From the NCBI GenBank assembly GCA_016748015.1, contig JAAOMT010000706.1:572038-636037 (forward strand): a DNA stretch of 64,000 bases, given 5' to 3'. Below, piece after piece: positions 24,108-36,028 of the stretch; the stretch's first letter is position 1; every line of letters starts with the position of its first letter. The notes beneath the pieces are model-generated. The model did no database searches and was not told the origin of the DNA. It was given only the letters and a program-made list of their open reading frames with translations. A program made the translations under genes and the position numbers. The stretch comes from Geosiphon pyriformis uo1 (lineage: Eukaryota > Fungi > Glomeromycota).

Positions 24108-25698
24108 ATGAAACCAATAATACGAAAACGATGCTTACCGGTCTGGCTCTTGTTCCCTACTGCCTTCCTCCTATTAACCCTCTTTCCACCCCGAGCGATA
24201 GCACAATGTTATGATCATGATCCACTAGACATGAAACATAAGACACCAGTCAAATGTCCAATGGTCACAGATTCCAAATCATTAGAAAAGCGACAAGAAT
24301 TATTGAGTGCAGCAAATTCGACTAATATGTTTCAGGTCTTATTCACCTGCGGTATCAATAATAAGAATACGTGCAATAAAGTGAAGAATGCATTTCTGAC
24401 TGCCGGAAAAATCATCACCGCCACTTTGGTACTCAAGTCGCCAATTATAGTAAATGCAACTTATATGGATTTTTGTAAATCAATGGGTGATTGTGGAAGT
24501 TCACAAGGATATTTGACGCTAGGTAAGTTATGATTCTTTCTATAAGCGAGAGAATTTGGAGTGATGTCACATTGTTATAATTTATAATCACATGAAGTGG
24601 TCATAATTAATGATTGTTTATGATTTACAGGAGGCGCTGCACCAGCTAGAACAATTCCAATGAAAGATCTTGACGGAAAACAACGATTCTATCCACAAGC
24701 ACTCGTAAAACAATTCGGTTATGATACCCACCGACAATTCACCACATATGATATTACGGCATTATTTAATTCTGTCACAAATTTTTGGTTTGACAGCGAT
24801 CCAAATCCAATCACACCAGCACAATCCGACTTTTTATTCGTCATACTTCACGAATTGATCCACGGCTTAGGGTTTACCTCAAGTTGGGACGATTACTTGA
24901 ACGTTGAACCGGAAGCTTTGACACCCGACCTTGGTGAAGGAATTGAGAACGGTCGTAGTACCTATCAATTTGTTGAATATGCTTTTGATCAGTATATGGT
25001 TGTGATTCCACAAAACCGTAATGCTACGTCATACACGGACGCATTGAATACTTTTTCAACCAGTTCAAGATTCAGTGATATCGACACTTTCGCGAATGCG
25101 TTTGTAGAATCGTCACAATATGATACTGCAAAAACAATGTTTAAATATGCTATCACTAAGAATTCTCTTGGATTTTTGCTTAAAGGAGCAAAAAGTCCTC
25201 AGGATGCCCTTATCCTTGAGACTAGTCTCGATCCATATCAACAAGGATCAAGTATAAGTCATGTGGATTACAAAACTTATACAAATACAAGTGATTTCTT
25301 GATGAGATATTTGCAAGATCGAGGTGTTTCCTTGCAAGACGCTATTTTGGCCGGTGGCAATTATAAAGGGGGACCAATTGGACCGAAGTTGAAGATGGTT
25401 TTAGAAACTTTGGGGTAAATAGATTTCAAGAATTATCTTCACATTTGATATTTAAAAAAAATAACAATTTAGATATTTATTTGCTCTTGAAAATTTACAA
25501 TTTTCTCTTATCAGATACGCAACGCAAGATAATCCAAATCCTTACAAACCACTTCCATCAAGCAGCAATACATCGAGTAAATATGGCGGATATTCGTCTG
25601 CAATCTCATATAAAATATTCAGGAGTTCGTCTTTCCAATGGCGTGCCATTGCTTTCATCCTTTTGGCATGGTTCTCGCCACAAATTCTTCTATCATGA
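24108..25698 (+). CDS. secreted, probably GPI-anchored zinc metalloprotease-like protein (HEXXHXXGF), 460 aa
   Basis: join(24108..24522,24631..25414,25515..25698); signal peptide, LEKR site, ILHELIHGLGF, GSSISHVD, DFLMR (Met-turn-like), Ser-rich then hydrophobic C-terminus. Confidence 0.85.
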
Positions 25699-26598
25699 TA
25701 AATATTATGCGAATGAATTTAAAGACAATTAAAAAATGTTTAATATGATTAACTCTCATTGAACAATGGGCAGTGGGTAAATAATAGTGAAGTTAAAGAT
25801 GGGTCTGCAACTCAATTTAATAAATGGGATTGGGGCTTGAAAACAATAGCAGACCTATCTTTAAGTGAATCTTTTCCGCCTATATAGAATGCTTTTATTT
25901 CAAGACATTTTTTCAATTTCAGCATACGGTTCTTATCAAAAAACCGATAAGATCTTGAATCATAGTAACTTTCTCTTGTACAATTTTCATGATCTTCGCA
26001 TATCCTCAACAAAACTTTTATAATCAAGCATTTATCCCCTCTTCCATTATAACAAGATTGAGTTGTCATTAAAAGACTGGAGCAGAGTTATAAACACGCA
26101 AAACAAAAATGTCTATCTAGATTCCATACAACATCATTTGATAGCGTCTTTACCTACATATCTCGTAAAGTTGAGTTACACACTCAAAGATCCTTTTGTT
26201 AAAACCTCTTGGACTTTTTCCCGCACACCTAATAAAATAAAATTTCCTCTTCATAATAAATTTCGTCGAAAATTTAATGGATAATTATTAAGACAAAAGG
26301 CTATTCCATTTAAAGATACCTGACATGAGCGGGTATAATTCTTGTCAGAAATTGAGGAGTCATGTAGAGCCAATAATAGCCGCCAGTAAGTTGGCCACGT
26401 TTCCACGTGGATGAGCCTTAAAACTTTATGTCAGAATTTCCTTATTAGATACATATTTACAGATTCATAGATCTGCATTTAGTCATTTTATTGGCACGTG
26501 GAAATATTTCTGCAGAGTCCATAATGGATTCTAAAAAATTTCAAAATGCAACCTATTCTTCGAGACGAATATTTATTTGATAATATTGCTAGCACAAA

Positions 26599-26628
26599 AA
26601 TAGCATGTGATTAGAATCACATGCTATT
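26599..26628. repeat. perfect 14-bp inverted repeat
   Basis: AATAGCATGTGATT-AG-AATCACATGCTATT. Confidence 0.9.
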
Positions 26629-26772
26629 CGACTAAGAGACAGGCCAAATCAGAAAAGTTCCTGCATATTTGAACTGAAGTTAATTTTGAAAATGAAGTTC
26701 AAAAAGAATCGAATTGAAACTTACTATGATAAAATGTACTCATCCTTATCCTTCCTTGAAGATGAACCTTGT

Positions 26773-27618
26773 CTATTTTTTACGTCCAAACAAGCCAAAC
26801 CAACCTAGTACTTTGGCAAATACTCCCACCCTTTTCCCCACTTCTTCTTCTAATTTTACATTCGCGGCAGGTTCAGCCTTCTTGGGAAGAACTCGCTGCT
26901 GGATTTTCTCGATTCCCGCTAATTTATTGCCCTTGTCCCCTCTTTGTTCCTTCTCAACAGACGGCATCAAAAAGACATCTGGTGTTTCAACTTCTTCCTT
27001 AATTCTACTTTTTTCCATCTCTTTTATTTTCTTAGTTTCCTCCGGCTTTTTCAATTCAGATTCCTTTTTCCTTTCAATGGTAGTTCCGCTGCCAATAAAA
27101 TTTGAATATCCTGCGAATGGACCCCCCATTGATGCTGCATATGTCTTTGCAAACTCTTGCACATCATCCTCTAGTCCTGCGGCGCGCATTTCATTTGCCA
27201 CCTGTTCTAAAATTTGCCTTACCTCACCATCCATCAACAGTTTTGCCATTGTAGTGTAACTAGGCATTTGTCCAGTGGATACATCAATGCCACGTTTCGT
27301 CAACAATGAGGTCATTTCTTTGATGGAATTGATTAGTTGGGGGTGTGATGCAAGTTTTTGAAAAAACGGATGATCAGGTGGTAAAGTCGGAAAACTTGAA
27401 GAAGAAGAAGTTGGCGTCGCAAAGCGAATCGGTGTCGTAGACAAATATCGAGTATTGGTTGATGAGAGGATATGTCGGAAAAAGAACCCCATAGTTGAAG
27501 TTGGTGCATAGGAGATTTTGTGTAAAGGGGTTTTATGGCTTAGAAAGCTTTTGAAAATTTGATTGACTCCTCTTGTATTTAGATTATTTAGCAAAACCTT
27601 TGTTCTTATACACGACAT
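26773..27618 (-). CDS. hypothetical protein, likely mitochondrial presequence, 281 aa
   Basis: Intronless ORF; Arg/Ser/Thr-rich, acid-free N-terminal ~80 aa; helical core HPFFQKLASHPQL...EMRAAGL; charged tail. Confidence 0.75.
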   Translation of the reverse strand: MSCIRTKVLLNNLNTRGVNQIFKSFLSHKTPLHKISYAPTSTMGFFFRHILSSTNTRYLSTTPIRFATPTSSSSSFPTLPPDHPFFQKLASHPQLINSIKEMTSLLTKRGIDVSTGQMPSYTTMAKLLMDGEVRQILEQVANEMRAAGLEDDVQEFAKTYAASMGGPFAGYSNFIGSGTTIERKKESELKKPEETKKIKEMEKSRIKEEVETPDVFLMPSVEKEQRGDKGNKLAGIEKIQQRVLPKKAEPAANVKLEEEVGKRVGVFAKVLGWFGLFGRKK

Positions 27619-27779
27619 ACTTTTCTAACGGCGAAAGAAATAGGCCTATATACCAAGTTAGAAATTTTGGGTTATACAAATAAATGATGAGTCATGAACT
27701 CGATTTGTTTAGGTTGAGATCGTGGGAATCTCATGAAACTTAATGACCCATAATGCTTTCCGAAATTAAAGAATAAAAT

Positions 27780-28745
27780 TTGAAAATAATTATTTCTTAA
27801 AAACAAACTATTGAATAATGGTCATGATTAATAAAAATAATAAAACTTAATTATTTGAAAATTAGTTAAATATTTTTTATTTTAATAATTCAAAATATAA
27901 TAATACAGTTTAGTTATAATTATTAATTCATAATTTTGATAAAAAACTTTTTCTATTATTTATTCTTAAATTTTAAAAGTTTTTTATTTTTATTTGTTTA
28001 TATACTTACATTATTTCATCTTCTAATTTTTTGTTCAAAAGTTAGCAGCTATATTTAGTGTTATTTAAGTATATTTAATAAGAAAACTAATAATAATGTT
28101 AGTTTTAATTTAAAAAAATATTGTAAAAAATAAGATAAAAAAAAATTAAAAACTTTAATATTAATAATAATGTAATTTTAAATAAATTTGTATTATTTAA
28201 TCATAAGCATAATATTGTAAATAGAAAGAAGATAAATAAACTTAATATTAAAAATATAAATAAACAATTTTAGAATAAAAACATTAAAAACAAATTTGAT
28301 TAAAAATATAATAATAATTTTTCTTAATATACCAAATTATAATAAGTTTGATAATAATAAAAAAATAACTATAAAATTATTATTATTTTTTATTAAAATA
28401 AGCATTTTGCTAGTTTTTTATTCAAAAAATTGTTTTTTAATTAAAAAAATTGTATATAGTTTTTATTAATAATAAATTTTAAAAATAATCAGATTAATAT
28501 TTATTTTTAAATTAAGTTTAATTGTAAAAAATTTTGATTGTAAAAAAAGTTTAGTTTCATATAATAATCTTAAGTATGTAAATATTTATTTAATTTAAAA
28601 TATAGTTATTAAAAAAATTTTTTTTAATATTTTAAAAAAAATTATAATTATTGTACTTTTTAAGTTTAATATAATTAAATTAATTAAAATACAGTTAATT
28701 AATCTTTAATAAAAAACTGTAATTGAATTTATTAAATTAAACTAA
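27780..28745. other. extremely AT-rich relic DNA
   Basis: Very low G/C; continues after the LINE at 35648-36028. Confidence 0.55.
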
Positions 28746-28875
28746 TAAAGAACTTTCTTTCATTGATCCCCTGGTCACAACGAGAGCATAGAGTCGTCAC
28801 TGAAATAGCCTTTCTTTTCCTTTTCCCCTTCACATTTCTCCAGTTATTTCTTCGAACATTCCCCTTTTTGTAGCT

Positions 28876-30831
28876 ATGGAACTGGTGGGCTTTGCTGCTG
28901 GTGGTCCTGGGTCCGTTTCGGCTGGGTTGGGGACCCGGTCTGGTGTCAAGAATAAGTGTTTGGTTGGTCCTCAATCTCGCGGTGCATCCTATAAGAAGCC
29001 GAAGAAACCTGTGGCAGTTGACGGTTTGGTGGAGTCGTCTGCTGGTGTTTCGAACGTTATGGATGTGAGTGGTGATGGACCTGACATTGGCCGATTGTGG
29101 GCTAGCAAAGTCAACAGCAAAGTGGACAGCGTAAGTGGTGTCTCGGACTTGGATAACATGGAGAACGTTGTCGCTGAGGAAACTAGCTATGTGGAGTCGA
29201 ATGCTTCGGGTTTGGACGACGACATGGATGATGCTATGCCAAGGAAGACATGTACTCGCACCTTTGTTCTGAACAGTAAGCCACCACCTCTGTCTTTCAA
29301 CGTTCTAAATGATGACAAAGATGCTTTGCCTCTTCCAAGTCCCAAATTTTGTGGATCCAATCGCCTTCCTCCAGTCAGGTCACGTGCTCCAGAAAAACGG
29401 AGTTTTAATTCATCGAGATTGTTTGCATTAAATATTGAGCTGTCTGCCATACCTGGCAAAACTAATGGTGATAAGTTAATCTCAGTCAAAAAAAATTTTT
29501 ATCAAGTTGATGGTTTTGGGGGGGCCTCCACTTTTTCAAAATTCTCTGGGATCATCAGATCTACTTTCACTTCAGAAGTTAGTATGAATAAAACAAGGAG
29601 TTTGGCTGTTAGTGAGAAGATTTTGGTTAATGATGGGCTGAAAAAAGTAAACAGTTATACAAATCGGGAAATTGTGGTCAAGGAGATTCTGGTTGATTTT
29701 CCCAAATTGGCTGTGGAATTAGTTTTTTCCAAGTTTGGTAAGATTGTTTTTATCAGAATGCAGTTGGTTGGTCTATGGCAAAAAGCCTTGGTGGAGTTTA
29801 AGTCAGCTGAAATAGTTAATGTGGTTGTTTCCAAGTGGTTAGTGTTCATGAATAAGGATTTTGTGTGGGTGGCTTTGGCAACTGAAGATAAACAATTGTG
29901 GGTTTCCAAGAATTGGCATTGGGCTTTGTTGTATACTTTGTCAATGGGAACAATGGCCCATGATCTTTCTGATTTGTTGGAATCTTATGATGAAAAGACA
30001 TGTTTCATTGGTTGCAACTCTGTCTCTTACATTTGTAATAGATGTGTAATTGTTTGTTTTGATGATGAGGCTATTAAGTTGGCTGTTGTTAGTACCATTC
30101 CGATTTTCAAGAGTGTTAGTTTGCATTGGGCTAATCTTGTTTTGGCTAGCTGTGTCAAGTGTGAACAATTTGGTCATATTCATGCTGATTGTTCTGTGGG
30201 TGGGAGTTTTGATGCTTGTGGGAGAAGGGTAGTTTCTAATTAGGATCGGGTTTGCCTGGCTGGAATATATATAAAAAAATCAGCTTCTATTGCTTGTCCT
30301 GTTTCGTTTGGTGGCAAGACATGGGCCCAAGTTGCTAGTGACACTCCCTCTCATGCGTTTTTTTCTGGTTCCTCTGGTCATAATTTGCGTTCTGATTTGG
30401 TTCCTCCTTCGGCGGTTTCTGATCCTCTTTTTGTGTCTCATTTGAATGATTGTTTGGCGATTCTGGAACACTCTTTGGAGCTTTTGGCTGACCGTGTTTC
30501 TGATATCCTGGTTAGGTTGGAGTCTTTTGGTGTGGCTTCTTTAGTTTTTTCTTCTATGGCCTCCACTCTTATCGTTTCTGTGGCTTTGAGTTTTGAAATG
30601 GTTTCAGATATGATTGTGGACAATGCTTTGAGTTCTTCTGGTGGTACTTTTCTTGTCACTGATGATACTGTTGTCAACCTCAGTGCTAGTGGCTCCAAGA
30701 TTTTTACTGCCAAGGTGGGTGGTTTGAAGTCTAAAATATTGGCTCTGGAAGCTTTAATCAGTTCTGTTTTGGCAAGATTAGATCTCTTGTGTGCTGGTTC
30801 AGGTTCTTCTTTACTGCCTTTACCCCAATAA
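28876..30831 (+). pseudogene. LINE ORF1 (RRM-like region, CCHC knuckle, coiled coil), one premature stop
   Basis: ORFs 28876-30243 and 30385-30831 in the same frame; CVKCEQFGHIHADC. Confidence 0.85.
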
Positions 30832-33800
30832 GCAGTCTGGTCTTGAAATTTGCTACATGCAATGTTCGGAGCATGAATGTTTCTGTGAAGCAGGACAATA
30901 TAGTTTGTTGGCATGTAAACTCGGGAAACATGGTTTTTTTTATCACTGAGACAAAGTTGAGGTCCTCTTCTGAGTCATGGATAAAGAATAAATTTAATGG
31001 AGTGTGATTTTTTTTTTCAGGACTGGATAAAGGTTTTATGGGTGCTGGAGTTGTGATTGTTATGAACAATTTTTTGGCTCATCATGTGTCTAAGGTGGAA
31101 GAGATTCCTGGTCGGGTTATTTCTGTTCAGCTTTTGTTTAAGAGCAAGCTCTTGGTTACTGTGTTGGGGTTATATGCTGGTGCCTCTTCTGGGGCTAGGT
31201 TTGGTCAGGCTTCTGAAGTTAACTCTCTTATTGCAAAAACTGTCAACTCCAGCGGTTTTGTTATCTTGGGTGGGGACTTTAATGAGAATAGATCTGGTAA
31301 AAGTGCTAGTTTTAAGTTTTGTTTGAGTTTGGGTTTGGTCAATTCATTTGTTAGTCATTATTTGGCTAATTCTCATATGTGGAGCAATTTGAGAGGGGTT
31401 GGAAAAACAATTGATCACATTTTTGTTGGTGGTAATTTGTTTTCTGCTATTGCTGGTCATCAAGTTGTCTCTGTTTCAGATTTCTTTGACACCAATCACA
31501 GGACAGTTGTGGTTTCGATCAGTTTGGATGAGCTTTTGGATGTACAGTTGAATAGTTTGTGCAAGCAGGCGAATAAAGATTGTTGGAAGTTTAAAATCAA
31601 AGATGCTGACTGTGTTGGATGGGCTAAGTTTAAGGATCTCTTTTCGGCAAAACTTTTGTCTTTGGGTGAGGTGTTCTCTGATGCTGAAATGCATGATGAT
31701 GTGGATGCTATGTGGGCAGTTTTGGTGGAGGCTGTGGTAGATTCTGCTGATGTGACATTTTCGAGGCATTGGTTTAGTGAATTTAAGTGTTCAAGAAACA
31801 AACATTCTTCTAGGTTTTTTGGTCTGGAATTGTTGGTGGCCAAGATTGTCAAGAAATTTTGCTTGGGTGACTTGCTGAGTACTGATTGTCTTGTAAATAA
31901 ATGGTCGACTCTGAATAATGTGAAGGCTCATGCTTTTAAGGACTTGGTTGGCTCAGGTGTTAAATCTAATGTTGTTATTAAGCATTTGTTATTGGTTCGC
32001 AGAGATTACAAAAGGTCGAAGATGTTTGAGTCAAGATTGGCTAAGGAAGCTTCAGTTAGGAAGGCAATTGAGAAGCGCATGGATAATTTCTGTTCGGATA
32101 AGGGTAATATGATCAGGAGTGTGTTGGAAAAGCCTTTTCACAAGGTGGTGTTGGATTACTTAATAGTTGATGATGATCTGGTTTTGTTGTCTGAAGAGGT
32201 AAAGTTGAGTGTGGATAAGATAATGGAAGGATGGACGAGGAAATGCTCTGTGCAGTTAGAGCTTCCTGATCTTTGGGCTTGTCAATACATGCCTTTGGAC
32301 CATGTTTGGGATGATGCCTTTTTGGGTGTTATAAGTGCAATCAATATAGGCAAGTTACTTTCTGTTGTTGGTGGTCTGTCTGATGGCAAGGCTGCTGGTT
32401 TGTCTGGTGTTCCTAATGAGTTGTGGAAACATAATGGTGAGGTGGTTTTGGGGTGCTTGTTGGCACTGTTTAATAAGTGTTTGTCTGTTGGGGTGGTGCC
32501 TGTTTTGTGAAAGAGGGCTTGGGTGTCAATGATTCCTAAGCCTTATAACTGAGATGGAGTTCTTACGAACACTCGGCCTATTGCTTTGATTGAGACTGCC
32601 AAGAAGATTCTTTCCAAGGTTCTGTCTGATCATATTTCATTGGCTTGTAGCAAGTTCAATGTTCTTCGAGATGACAATTTTTTGGTACTAAAAGGTATGT
32701 CCACACAATCTCCAGTGTTTGCTGTTGGTTCAGTGATTGAGGATGCCATTAAGAAGGATAGGGAGTTATGGTTGGTCTTGCAAGATATGCGGAAAGCTTA
32801 CGATTCAGTTGGGTGACATCATTTAAGGGCCAGTTTACGGCATGTCAAGATGTGTGAGAGGTTCATAAGATTTTTTGGTGGTATTTATGAGGATAGAGTT
32901 AATAGGGTAATGACTGACTTTGGGTTGTCTGGTGGTTATAAAGTGCATAATGGGCTGGATCAGGGTGAGGTCTTTTCACTGCTTCTATGAAGGATTTTTT
33001 TACAATCCACTTTTGTGTAAGATTAAGAGGCACAAACAATTGTGTGGGTACCAAATTGATACTAAGTTTGTTGCAAAGTCTGGCAGAATTGAGAGTGGTG
33101 GTGGTTTGACATCATATTTTTCGGCTGGTGCATTTGTTGATGATACAATCTGGGTTGGGAATTGTCAGGCTTCTACTCAATATGCTCTGAATATTGCCAA
33201 TGAATTTTTTGTAATCAATGATATTTCTATCAACAGTGAGAAGATGGTAGCTATTTCCATCAATCAGGGTGTTAAAGTTGCTTCACTGAGCATTTGCAGT
33301 CAGCCAATTTCTATTGCCAAAAAAGGGGAAGCACATTAGTATCTAGGTATTTTTCTGTCAACCAAGAGGCTCTCCAAGCCAAGTGTTGCTAAAGCTCATG
33401 CGGATGTGCACTTTTTTGTCAATGTCGTGCTTAGGAAAGCTATTACAGACAAACAGTTCTCTTATCTAGTGTCGGCTGTTTTGCAGTCTATTATTAGCTA
33501 TTGTGTTCAGTTCAGTTTTGTCCCTTTTAATGTTTGTCGCAAGTAGGATGTTTTGGTCAGAAAGAGTCTTAGATCTAAGGCTTGTCTCCCCTGTGATTTT
33601 CCTGATGCTGTTTTGCATTATCCTTTATTGTATGGCCTGAAGCCTTTTGAGCAGGTGCAGTCAGAGGGGAAGGTTGCTGCTCTGATAATGTTCTTTAATG
33701 TCTTTGGTATTTTTGGGCATTTGTTTAAACATAGGTTTTTGGATCTGCAGGTTCTTGGTTGGGCTCTTTTGGATCCTTTGCAGTTTCTGGTCAGGTTGCG

Positions 33801-35513
33801 TGTTAGTCCAGTAAACAATTTTTTGGCTGGGATGATGAAGATTTTTTTGGGCAATGAGCTCTCTTTGGTAAACAACCTCCTCACTGCATTTCGTAGTTCT
33901 GGTCATTTTCCATTGTCCTTTATTCTTGGAAAGACTCTGTATTTTGACTCAGTCAAATCTTTTAGACATTTTGGTGTCACTTTTGGTGATCGGCTTTTTG
34001 ATAAGAAAGGTGTTTTGTTGGATTGGAAAACTTTTTGTTGTTGGAAGAGATTGAATCTGCATGGCCCTGTGCTTAATTGGTTCTTGGTTTTTTTTGAGTT
34101 TTTGAAGAGTCAGAGTTGTTTGTTTTCTGGTTCTATTGACTCTGCAGAAAAGATTGGTTTGGACATTTTGGAATCTGGGGAATTTTCTGTGGTGAAAGAT
34201 GAATTGCATAATGTTTGGTTGGGCTTTTTTGAAGTTTTTACAGATGAGTTTTTGAGGAATTCAGGATCTGCTGAGGTCATCTGTGGTGCTGCTGCATACT
34301 TTCCAGTCTTGGATAAAAGCATTGGTGTCGCTGTTAATGGCTTTTTGTTATCTATTATGGCCGAATTGCAGGTTGTCACTTTGGCTTTGGAATGTGTTCC
34401 TTCTTTAAGTACTGTGGTATTATGTCTTGACAGCCAGGCTGCTATTAACGTATGTGTGTCTAAGATGTCTTTGGTTGCTCCTGATTTCCGTAATCAATGC
34501 TGGCTGGAAAGGCATTATATTTTTAATTTGGTCAGGGATAAGGATTTTAGTGTGAGTTGGGTTAAGGTAAAAGACCACTCTGGGATTCCTGGTAATGTAG
34601 AAGCTGACTTGGCTGCTGGGGCTGCCTCTGGATCTCTCTTTTCTCTTTGTACCAATGTGTGTGAACATTTTTTGGTTGTTGAGGGTGTCGCTATTTCTGG
34701 TAATGCCCATCATTTTGTCAGGAATATTTTTTGGTCTGTTTGTTGTGCTCGTTGGGAAGCTGGATCTGGTTGTGATGTGGTTCCAGATGCGATAATTGGT
34801 TGCATAGACTGGGTTGTCACAGCTAAGGTGTGGCATTCTGATTCTCATATGCTCATTGGGTTCACTAGCCAGGTATCCTTAATGCTTCGCACTTATATTA
34901 TGAAGGCTGTACACAGAAGATTGCCGGTAGCAGTAAGGAAAAAGTTGTATGATAAGTACTACTCTAGTGTATTATGTTTGTTTTGCAGTGGGGTGGAGTT
35001 TTCTGATCATGCTTTTACTTGTGCTTATAAGTCTGGTATTCGTGGTGAGATTTTGGCTGAGACTTCTGCCCGTTGGTCAGCTTTGGCTGGCAGTTCTTCT
35101 GCTTCTGCCGTGTTACAAGTTTTGTCTCAATGTTCCTTTGATGTTGGGTTGTACACTTTGGTTTGCAAAGAGTTTGTGCTGGAGAAGTGGTATGAGGAAG
35201 CTTGCAGTATTTTTGAAGATAGGAAGGTGGCAGCTACTCAGATTGTTGATTATGTCAGGTTTGTGGTTGAGTTACATCGTGCTAAAGCATGGTTGGCTAG
35301 GGCCAGCCATCAGGTGGTAATGGAGAAGGCTGGTTTGGTTTGTGACGGTAATGGTGTTTTTGGGCTCTTTCGCAGTGTGTCTTTAGTTTTGTCTGATGGT
35401 GTTGTAAGATTGTTTGGTGTGGCCAATTCTTTGCTGTTAGCTTTAGTTGTCGGAAGCCTTATTGTTTCTTTTCTGGTCTGGGTGGCAGTGTATGGGTTAT
35501 TATAGGTGTGTAG
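30828..35513 (+). pseudogene. LINE ORF2: APE endonuclease - RT - RNase H - Cys/His finger
   Basis: ATCNVR, ITETKL, GGDFNE, IDHIF (APE); RPIALIE, QDMRKAYDSV, AFVDDT (RT); FTD, AELQ, DSQAA, VKVKDHSGIPGNVEAD (RNase H); CLFC..E..DHAFTC; several stops and frameshifts. Confidence 0.92.
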
Positions 35514-36028
35514 TGTTGTCTTGTCTGGCCTGAGTGGCTAGCCACATGTAGAAAGTGCGTGAGTCACGTTTAGTTTGAGTCTCTTAGTTTGGCTCTATGT
35601 ACTAGATAGTGATTGGGCTACACTCGTTAAATGTGTTAAAAAAAAAAAAATTAAACTAAGCCAATTATGTAATTTATTTGTAGTTTATACTAAATAAAAA
35701 AAGATTAAAAAAAAAATTTTGAATTAAAAAAAAATAAATTATATATTACTATATATTTTATTAATAAATATTAATATTTATAATTTTAAAAATTTTTTAA
35801 ATTTTATAGATAAAAAACTTGTAATATTAATAATAATAAATTTATTTATATAAGATAATAATGTGTAATAATTTGTTTTAAATTAAAAAAAATTATAATT
35901 AAAATTATAAATCAGATATTAATTTTAAAAAATTTAAATATTGTTTTAATATAAATCAAACTTTTTTTTTAAGTATATTTTTCGTGATTATCTTAATTAT
36001 ATAGCTTTAAAATACAATTATATTAGTG

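Larger units (their letters stand above)
28746..35647 (+). mobile_element. full-length APE-type non-LTR retrotransposon (LINE) with RNase H, ~6.9 kb
   Basis: 12-bp TSD AAATTAAACTAA at 28734-28745 and 35648-35659 (5' copy preceded by TT); pyrimidine-rich 5' UTR; ORF1, ORF2, 3' UTR, poly(A). Confidence 0.95.

Noticed and set aside
35529-35556. CTGA...GAAA in the LINE tail as a hammerhead ribozyme
   Set aside because: CUGANGA core not matched, GAAA lies in a hairpin loop, and CTGA is not kept in other copies
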